From contig CBFGKH010000008.1 of NCBI GenBank assembly GCA_965649295.1, positions 32,001 through 96,000 on the forward strand: 64,000 nucleotides of DNA, in the 5' to 3' direction. A program made the position numbers and the translations under genes. Under the pieces are notes generated by a model. The model saw only the letters and a list, made by a program, of their open reading frames with translations. It was not told where the DNA came from and ran no database searches. Source of the stretch: a candidate division WOR-3 bacterium (lineage in GTDB: Bacteria > Hydrothermota > Tepidihabitantia > Tepidihabitantales > Tepidihabitantaceae). Positions 57,227-64,000 of this stretch are shown here, in pieces; within the stretch, counting starts at the first letter, position 1, and the number at the start of each line of letters is the position of its first letter.

Positions 57227-58073
57227 GGCAAGCTGGCTTTGGAGGAGCGGCCTACTACTGCTGGCTGGATTGCTGCTGGCTGGCTGCGAATACGAGACCC
57301 GGCAGTTCTTCTGCCGGCCACCAGTTGACGGGCGTGTCGCCGCTAGCGAGACGACAGCTCTTCAGACCGGGCCCGCAAGCCTCGCGCTGCCGGACAGCTT
57401 CCGTTTCGCCGTTATCAGCGACCTCCACTTCTACAAAGAATCACATCCAGTGCGGCTGCCATTTTTCCGCGATACCGTGCCCGGTCTGGGCATCGCCTTC
57501 TTCTGCGTCACCGGCGACATCACCGACCACGGCCTTGACAGCGAGTACGTTGCTGCCCGGGCCGCGCTCGATTCAATTGGCCTGCCCTACTATGTTACGA
57601 CCGGCAATCACGACCTCTACGCGGCTGGGAGCTGGGAGCGGTTCCGGCAGACCTTTGGACCAAGCTGCTATGCGGTGGTTGTGGCCGACCGGCTCAAGCT
57701 CATCTTTCTCGACACGGCCGATGGTCTAGTTGGTCAGCGGCAGTTTGACTGGCTTGAAGCCCAGCTCAACGACAACGACGCGACGGTCAAGATTGTGCTC
57801 ACCCACTTTCCCAGCTACGACGGGGCAGTGCCGATAATGTGGCGGCTGGCGAGCGGCGCCGAGCGGTACAAGCTTCAGTATTACCTTGACTCATTTGGGG
57901 TGAAAGCCTACATTGCCGGCCACACCCATGGCTGGCGCCACTCGACCATCGGCAACGTCGAGCACTTTACCAACTCCCTGGCGCCCGGCGTGCCTGACTA
58001 CGGCACCCACGGCATCCTTGTCTTCACCTTTGCCGACGACTCGCTTTCCTGGGAGCGCGTCAGGGTCGAGTAG
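57216..58073 (+). CDS. calcineurin-like metallophosphoesterase lipoprotein
   Basis: LAGC lipobox; SDLH, GDI, GNHD, TH, GHTH. Confidence 0.9.
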   Translation: MCSRASWLWRSGLLLLAGLLLAGCEYETRQFFCRPPVDGRVAASETTALQTGPASLALPDSFRFAVISDLHFYKESHPVRLPFFRDTVPGLGIAFFCVTGDITDHGLDSEYVAARAALDSIGLPYYVTTGNHDLYAAGSWERFRQTFGPSCYAVVVADRLKLIFLDTADGLVGQRQFDWLEAQLNDNDATVKIVLTHFPSYDGAVPIMWRLASGAERYKLQYYLDSFGVKAYIAGHTHGWRHSTIGNVEHFTNSLAPGVPDYGTHGILVFTFADDSLSWERVRVE

Positions 58074-58137
58074 TACAGTCCCAACGATAGAAGACAAAGA
58101 GAATTAAGCCGCAAACAGCCGCCTCACAATACTTCTA

Positions 58138-58169
58138 TTGACATTGCGACAGTAAAACTGTATTATAAT
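58138..58169 (+). promoter_or_regulatory. long-spacer promoter with internal dyad (MerR-type operator)
   Basis: TTGACA-N20-TATAAT-N6-ATG, dyad ACAGT-AAA-ACTGT in the spacer. Confidence 0.6.
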
Positions 58170-58175
58170 GGCGCA

Positions 58176-58628
58176 ATGAGCCAAATACCTGGCCGTTACA
58201 GTATCGACGAGTTGGCGCTTCTGACCGGTCTGACCAAGCGCACAATCCGGTACTACATCCAAATCGGCTTGGTCGAACGACCGGAAGGCGTCCGGCGGGG
58301 CGCGTTCTACACCGATCGGCATCTTGAGCAGCTCATCAATGCGAGTGGGCTCAGGCAGGCTGGGTTGACGCTCGATGGCGTGCGCCGTCAACTTGCTGCC
58401 ACGCCGGTGCTGCCGGCGCGGCCGGTCGGGGCCGGCGTAGAGGTGTGGAGCCGCATCACCGTCCGCGATGGCATCGAACTAAACATCGAGCCGCACCGTG
58501 CCGGGCTGCGGCCGGAACAAGTCCGTGAACTCTGCCACACGATAGTCCGCGCGGTCGAGGCGCTCGCGGCCGAGAACGAGGGGGGCTTGATGGTGGCAGA
58601 TCGTCCGTCCGACAGCAAAGGAGAATAG
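58176..58628 (+). CDS. MerR-family HTH regulator
   Basis: YSIDELA...RTIRYYIQIGLV..P...Y...HL. Confidence 0.88.
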   Translation: MSQIPGRYSIDELALLTGLTKRTIRYYIQIGLVERPEGVRRGAFYTDRHLEQLINASGLRQAGLTLDGVRRQLAATPVLPARPVGAGVEVWSRITVRDGIELNIEPHRAGLRPEQVRELCHTIVRAVEALAAENEGGLMVADRPSDSKGE

Positions 58629-58631
58629 GAG

Positions 58632-60848
58632 ATGAGCATTGCAAGACAGGCCCCAGAACTGATTGGCACCGGGCAGGAACAGGCCGTGTTGGTTGGCGTC
58701 AGCGTTGCCGCTAGGCTGCGCGACCTGCTGTCCGAGGTGACGATCGAGCAGACCTACCGTAACAGCGGCAAGCGCAACATTGAAGCGGTCTATACTTTTC
58801 CGCTGCCGGCCAACGCCGAACTGCTGGCGCTGGAAGTGGAACTAGGCGAGCGTCGGTTGCGCGGCAAGGCGGTGAAGAAGTCCGAGGCGCAGGAGCGGTA
58901 CGAGGACGCGATTACCGACGGCGATGCCGCGGTGATGCTCGAACAGACCCAGCCCGGCATCTTCACGATGAACGTCGGCAACCTGCTGCCGGGCGAAACC
59001 TGTCGTATCCGGTTTCGCTACGCGGAGCTACTTGCCTGGCAGGGCGACACGCTTCGGTTCCTGCTACCAACGGTCATCGCTCCGCGCTATGGTGACGCCT
59101 GGCGTGCGGGCGTGCAGCCCCACGCCGCGCCTGAAACCGACCCGACTGGCGACCTGCGCCACGAGTACGCCTTGCGAGTCGAAGTCGAGGGGCTGCTCGC
59201 GGGGGCCGACATCACGTCGCCATCCCACGAGGTTGTGGTGACGCGCGCTGGTGACCGAACCGTGGTTGTGCCGAAGGCGGAACGCGTGGTGATGGACCGC
59301 GACTTCGTCCTCAACCTGAAGAGCAGCGACGCCAACCGCTCGGCTGCGACCTACGGCCCGGACCGGGATGGCTACGTCGTGCTTGCGTCGTTCAACCCGA
59401 ACCTGCCCGTAGTCGAAACCGCACCGCGCCGCATCAAGATCGTCGTGGATTGCTCCGGCTCGATGGGCGGCGACTCGATTGCCCAGGCCCGCGAGGCCCT
59501 GCTCCTCATTCTCGACAGGCTCCGGCCGCAGGACGAGTTCGACATCATCATGTTCGGTAGCACTTACCGGTCCCTGTTCGGCCGGTGCCTGCCCGCCACG
59601 CCCGAGAACGTCGAGCAAGCGCGCTCGGCCTGCGCGCGCCTCGACGCCAATATGGGCGGCACGGAAATCGGCCAAGCCCTGCTGGCCGCGTTCAGGACCA
59701 GCGGCACCGCCGACATCAAGGGCGGCGACGTCCTACTTATCACCGACGGCGAGGTCTGGCAGTCAGCCGAGGCAATCGCGGCTGCGCGCGGGTCCGGCCA
59801 CCGCGTCTTCACGGTCGGCGTTGGCAACTCGGTTGCCGAAGCGGTCGTGCGCGGTTTGGCCGAACAGACCGGCGGTGCCTGCGAACTCGTCGCCCCGAAC
59901 GAACAGATGGCCGAGAAAATCGTCCGCCACTTCTGCCGCATCTACGCGGTGCGGACCTGCCGTGCCACCGTCGTCTGGCCGGGGAAACCGAACTCAGTCG
60001 TGCCCGAGCGGCTGAGCGCGGTGTACGACGGCGACACAGTTCACGTCTTCGCCCGGTTCAGCGAGAAACCCGCTGGCGAAGTGGTGTTCAAGGCGTGGCT
60101 CGAGGACGGGACCGAACTGGGCCAACGCGTGCCCCTGCAGTCGGAAGCCGACGCTGCGAACCCAAGCACGATTGCTCGGCTCGCGGCCGCGACCGAGATT
60201 CGTGGTATCACTGCCGGTCGCAGCGCCGATGAGTGTACGCTAAAAGAGCAGCAACGCGCGGTAGAACTGGCCGAGGCCTACGACCTCGTCACCGATTTCA
60301 CCAACTACCTCGTGGTGGAGACGCGGGCCGAGGACAAAAAAGCCGGCGACCTGCCCGATCTCTATAAGGTCAAGCAGATGCGTCCAGCTGGGATGGCTAT
60401 GTTTGCGGCACGACCGATGGAGTACATGGCGTTTAATTACGTGTGCCGCTTGGACGAGCCAATGTTCTGCTTGAGACAGATGGATATGCCGACATTCGTG
60501 CGTTGCGAGCGGAACACAGACCAACATGGCTGGCGAGTCCGACTTGCAGCCAGGCTTGACGCACTGCACCCGGACCAGCGCGGCCTGTCGCTGCAGGTCA
60601 GCACCATCGCCGAGCTGGAAATGCTCGGCCTGCCGAGAAGGCTGGCCGACGAACTGCGTCGGCTTGTCCGGCAGGGCGTGAGCGAAGAACAGGTTGTGGT
60701 TAGCTTCCTCTACGAGCTCAGCGACATGGCGGTGTTTGGCCGGTCAACGCGCCGCGCGATACGTCAGGCGCACAAAGCTCATCCGGCTCCGGAAGCACTG
60801 GTGCGACTAGTCCGCTCCATCCTTGCCGCAGACAACGGGTCTGCCTGA
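58632..60848 (+). CDS. VIT and vWA domain protein
   Basis: IEAVYTFPLP, A.ERYEDAI..GD.A, NVGNLLPGE, DCSGSM, GGTE, LITDGEV. Confidence 0.92.
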   Translation: MSIARQAPELIGTGQEQAVLVGVSVAARLRDLLSEVTIEQTYRNSGKRNIEAVYTFPLPANAELLALEVELGERRLRGKAVKKSEAQERYEDAITDGDAAVMLEQTQPGIFTMNVGNLLPGETCRIRFRYAELLAWQGDTLRFLLPTVIAPRYGDAWRAGVQPHAAPETDPTGDLRHEYALRVEVEGLLAGADITSPSHEVVVTRAGDRTVVVPKAERVVMDRDFVLNLKSSDANRSAATYGPDRDGYVVLASFNPNLPVVETAPRRIKIVVDCSGSMGGDSIAQAREALLLILDRLRPQDEFDIIMFGSTYRSLFGRCLPATPENVEQARSACARLDANMGGTEIGQALLAAFRTSGTADIKGGDVLLITDGEVWQSAEAIAAARGSGHRVFTVGVGNSVAEAVVRGLAEQTGGACELVAPNEQMAEKIVRHFCRIYAVRTCRATVVWPGKPNSVVPERLSAVYDGDTVHVFARFSEKPAGEVVFKAWLEDGTELGQRVPLQSEADAANPSTIARLAAATEIRGITAGRSADECTLKEQQRAVELAEAYDLVTDFTNYLVVETRAEDKKAGDLPDLYKVKQMRPAGMAMFAARPMEYMAFNYVCRLDEPMFCLRQMDMPTFVRCERNTDQHGWRVRLAARLDALHPDQRGLSLQVSTIAELEMLGLPRRLADELRRLVRQGVSEEQVVVSFLYELSDMAVFGRSTRRAIRQAHKAHPAPEALVRLVRSILAADNGSA

Positions 60849-60877
60849 CCGGCCGGGCGCACCAACGGTCAGCTTAG

Positions 60878-60911
60878 GCCAAGAACCCGCCGCATCGGGC
60901 GGGTTCTTGGC
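60878..60911. terminator. bidirectional hairpin between convergent genes
   Basis: GCCAAGAACCCGCC-N6-GGCGGGTTCTTGGC 14-bp stem. Confidence 0.75.
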
Positions 60912-60921
60912 TCCCGAGTCA

Positions 60922-61641
60922 TTAGTCCAGCCTGCCGCGCTCGGACATCTCTGCGAAGAGCGCGAGTACGGCTTGCTTGGTTCGGGCAAAGGGAGCAGGT
61001 GGTAAGTTGTGCTGTTCGGCCCAGTGGGCGAGTGCGGCGAGTTGGCGCTCGCGCACTGCCGGTCTTGAGTTGCGGGTGCGGCGGAGAATGGAGAAGAGCT
61101 TGCGAGCATAGGCCTTGATGTTGATGGCGAGCGGGTCGCGGACACCGATCCGTAGCTCGTCGAGCACGCTGACGACGACCTTCATCAGTTCCTTGTCTTG
61201 GCGCACGGCCGCGGCCTGTCGCACCGCTGCTCTAGCCAGCCGCTCAAGCTTTTCTGGCTTATTGGTCTTGGCCAGTAGCCCATCATAGTAGTTCAGGGCG
61301 CGGCGGCGCTCGTCCTCAGGGGCGCTCGCCAGCATCTCGAGCAGGCGCTGGCGAAGGGCAGGGCTCGGCTTGGTTGCAGTATCGAAGATGTCTGCTAACG
61401 CGGTGATGCTCTGCTGGGTTGCGCGTAGATAGTCCACGACCGAATTGATAGTCAGATAGGGCAGGTTGCCGCGCTCAATCTGCGATACGTGAGACTTGCC
61501 GCCCGGCCCGGTCTTGCCCATGAGCAGGGCGACTTGGGTTTGGGTAAGTCCGGCCTGCTTGCGCAGTTCGCGCAGGCGCTGGCCGAGCGATAGGACGAAC
61601 GCTCGGGCGGCTGGGTCGCTTGAGTAGCGTCGCCGGCTCAC
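60922..61641 (-). CDS. XRE-family HTH protein with long basic helical C-terminus
   Basis: LGQRLRELRKQAGLTQTQVA...VSQIERG; leaderless GTG 6 nt after TATACT. Confidence 0.85.
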   Translation of the reverse strand: MSRRRYSSDPAARAFVLSLGQRLRELRKQAGLTQTQVALLMGKTGPGGKSHVSQIERGNLPYLTINSVVDYLRATQQSITALADIFDTATKPSPALRQRLLEMLASAPEDERRRALNYYDGLLAKTNKPEKLERLARAAVRQAAAVRQDKELMKVVVSVLDELRIGVRDPLAINIKAYARKLFSILRRTRNSRPAVRERQLAALAHWAEQHNLPPAPFARTKQAVLALFAEMSERGRLD

Positions 61642-61646
61642 GCCTC

Positions 61647-62049
61647 AAGTATAAAGTTAGTACACACCTCCAGCAAGGGTCTTGCAGTCATAACTGGTTG
61701 GCAGAATTACCGTTAGGCCGCGTTCGCCAATCTGCCCCAGGGCGTCCCGGGGACGGCCCCAGGAGTCTCTCGCCGAGTCACTGGTTCGGTTGTCTCTTAC
61801 GCGGTTCCTGCGGCTGTTCCTCGAGACGTCCGAGGGGCCGTTATCCGTGGGGCTTGCTAAGCTGCCCGGCGAGAGGTCGTCCGAGGTGCCCGGCGAGGAG
61901 TCGGTTACGCTGTTCCGGGCTGGGTTGGGAAGACGGCTTGGGGCAGAGCTTGCCCGAGTCTCGGCCGCGGTGCTGGGGGAGCTACTTGTCGGGCTGCTTT
62001 GCAGGCTGCGGCCCGAACCGCTCGCCGGTACCTGCTTGGTGCTGGCTTA
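61647..62049 (-). repeat. Copy C of 12-nt-periodic intergenic element (includes promoter of XRE gene)
   Basis: Minus strand: ~25 12-mers (TGCAAAGCAGCC, CGACAAGTAGCT, CGCCGGGCACCT, CGCCGGGCAGCT...), GACGCCCT at 61746, CTAACTTTATACTT at 61660-61647. Confidence 0.8.
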
Positions 62050-62051
62050 CC

Positions 62052-63257
62052 CTAGCGGCCGAGGAAGGTGCGGATGAACCCGTCGCCGCGGAGTTCGCCG
62101 AGCAGGCCGGCTTTGACCGATTCCTCGTCGTAGCGCTGGACCGAGTCGGCTGGGAACGCCCGGCCCATTATCGCCACGGGCACGGCGCCGTGGACGTGGG
62201 TGCCGGTTGATACCGGGGTCGGATGGTCAGGCAGGACCGCGACCGTGGCCTCGATGCCTTTCTCTTCAAGACCGCGCATCACCCGGCTGATGAGTCGCCG
62301 GTCAAGGAACTCGATGGCCTGAATTTTCTCTTTCACGTTCTTGGAATGGCCGGCCTCGTCCGGGGCCTCGACGTGGACATAGACAAAGTCGTGGTCAGCA
62401 AGAGCAGCGAGGCAGGCATCGGCCTTGCCTTCGAAGTTGGTGTCAATCAGTCCGGTCGCACCTTCGACCGGAATCGAATCGAGCCCGGCATATCTGCCGA
62501 CACCGTGAATCAGGTCAACTGCCGAGATGACGGCGCCGGTCAGACCGAACATCTCCTGATAGGTTGCCATCTTGGGCCGGTGGCCGGCAGACCAGGGCCA
62601 GATTGAGTTGGCCGGATCCTTGCCCTTGGCAACCCGCTGCTGGTTGACCGCGTGTCCGGGCAGTATCTCCCAGGATTTGTGAATCAGTCGGGTCAACAGT
62701 TCAGCGGTTGGCTCGGCTGCGGCAGTTCTTGCCTTGGGCAGCAGCGCGGCAGCGGGCTCGCCGACGTGGTCGTGGGGCGGTGCCAGTTCGAGTTCGGCAG
62801 AGCCGGAACTGAGCACGAGTAGGTGGCGGTAGGAGATGCCGGGGAAGAAGTGGACGTTCTCGTTGCCGAGGTGGCGGTCAATTGTGCGAATCAGTTCTGC
62901 GCCTTCCGGGGTTGAGATGTGGCCGGCAGAGTGGTTCTTGATGCGGCCGTCTTGCAGGCAGATGAGGTTACAGCGCATCGCCACATCGTTTGGCCGGATT
63001 TCGACGCCCATACTGGCGGCTTCGAGCACACCGCGGCCCTGGTGGCACTGCTTTGGGTCGTAGCCGAGCACGGTCAGGTTGGCAACCTCAGAGCCGGGCG
63101 GCATGTCGTCTTCGACCGTGACAAATGTGCCGCACCGGCCCAATCGGGCGATTCCGTCCATTGTCGGCTTCTGCGCTACCTGAAGCGGAGTCTTGTGGCC
63201 AAGCTCCGGTACCGGATAGTCGGCCATTCCGTCGCCAAGGAAGATGATGTACTTCAT
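62052..63257 (-). CDS. apgM: cofactor-independent phosphoglycerate mutase, ApgM type (possible alternative homoserine kinase)
   Basis: FLGDGMAD, KTPLQ.A, GSEVAN, GRG.LEA, HVEAPDEAGH, PDHPTP. Confidence 0.9.
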   Translation of the reverse strand: MKYIIFLGDGMADYPVPELGHKTPLQVAQKPTMDGIARLGRCGTFVTVEDDMPPGSEVANLTVLGYDPKQCHQGRGVLEAASMGVEIRPNDVAMRCNLICLQDGRIKNHSAGHISTPEGAELIRTIDRHLGNENVHFFPGISYRHLLVLSSGSAELELAPPHDHVGEPAAALLPKARTAAAEPTAELLTRLIHKSWEILPGHAVNQQRVAKGKDPANSIWPWSAGHRPKMATYQEMFGLTGAVISAVDLIHGVGRYAGLDSIPVEGATGLIDTNFEGKADACLAALADHDFVYVHVEAPDEAGHSKNVKEKIQAIEFLDRRLISRVMRGLEEKGIEATVAVLPDHPTPVSTGTHVHGAVPVAIMGRAFPADSVQRYDEESVKAGLLGELRGDGFIRTFLGR

Positions 63258-63311
63258 TGGGAAGTGAACGAGTGGGCTAGTCGGTGTCGGCCAATGGTGA
63301 CCACGTGCGAC

Positions 63312-64000
63312 CTAGAGGGCTTTTTGCAGGTAGTCCTTGAACCAGCGATAGTCGTTTGGGCCCTGGTCGTAGTGCTCGGGCTTGTGGTCGAGGCCGGCGA
63401 GTGCCGGCGGCAGTTCGGGTTCGATGCCAAGCAGCCGGCTAATCTCCTCAGGAAACTTGGCCGGGTGGGCAGTTTCGAGGGAGACGGCAAAGCCGGACTG
63501 GTCAAGCGGTGAGCTGGCGAGATACTCTTCCAGCGCGGCCCAGCCGACAGCGCCGTGGGGTTCGAGCATGACCCGGTGGTTTTGCCAGGTGCGGACGATT
63601 GCCTGACGGGTGGCGTCCTCAGAGATGCTGGTTGAGTACATGTCGCGGCGCATGGCCGCAAAGTCGGGTTGGACCTTGACATTGCCCTGCTCGTCCATCT
63701 GGCCGCCATAGAGCGCAACCAGCCGGGGCAGGTTGGACGGATGGCCGACGTTCATCGCCGAGGAGATGCAGACGCGGGACGGCACAACCTTCTCGTAGCG
63801 GCCAGTGGCAAGGAAGCGGGGAAACTCGTCGTTGGCGTTGGTGGCAATGATGAACCGCTCGGCAGGCAGCCCCATTTTGAATGCAAACATCCCGCCGCAC
63901 ATGTCGCCGAAGTTGCCCGAGGGAACCGAGAACAACGCCGGCTCGCCCCGCTCCTGCAGCTTTGCCCAGGCGTAGAAGTAATAGACTGACTGGGGCAATA
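63312..64000 (-). CDS. thrC: threonine synthase (5'-truncated by window end)
   Basis: PQSVYYF, VPSGNFGD, ATNAND, SSAMNVGHPSN, EPHGAVG, LETAHPAKF. Confidence 0.93.
   Translation of the reverse strand, partial: LPQSVYYFYAWAKLQERGEPALFSVPSGNFGDMCGGMFAFKMGLPAERFIIATNANDEFPRFLATGRYEKVVPSRVCISSAMNVGHPSNLPRLVALYGGQMDEQGNVKVQPDFAAMRRDMYSTSISEDATRQAIVRTWQNHRVMLEPHGAVGWAALEEYLASSPLDQSGFAVSLETAHPAKFPEEISRLLGIEPELPPALAGLDHKPEHYDQGPNDYRWFKDYLQKAL

Noticed and set aside
1..64000. tRNA, rRNA, tRNA-Sec, transposase or integrase genes
   Set aside because: None recognised by eye; a tRNAscan-SE/Infernal run would be needed to exclude small RNAs.

Overview
GC-rich bacterial chromosome segment spanning the probable replication origin: dnaA, DnaA-box clusters on both sides of it, and two parS palindromes inside hypF. 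The gene content (several T9SS-CTD-type secreted proteins, MoxR/Bat operon, archaeal-type PheRS, V-ATPase D) suggests an FCB-related lineage such as candidate division WOR-3; this is inference only. Housekeeping blocks (acpS, topA, acpP-fabF-etfB-coaE-pyrE, pyrR-pyrB-pyrC, hisS, pheST, tal/rbsK, thrC-apgM) are interrupted by small accessory islands: a GIY-YIG/RAMA nuclease, a C-protein/PD-(D/E)xK island, a type II RM pair with an hsdM relic, and MerR-VIT/vWA plus an XRE regulator. Two signals stand out. (1) A probable new secreted selenoprotein at 28999-29937, with an in-frame UGA in a C-U-G-D-N-C motif followed by a SECIS-like hairpin. (2) A ~400-bp intergenic element in three diverged copies (~577-994, ~37211-37591, 61647-62049). 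Each has a degenerate 12-nt-period array followed by three motifs at identical spacing, and each sits directly upstream of defence or regulatory cargo.
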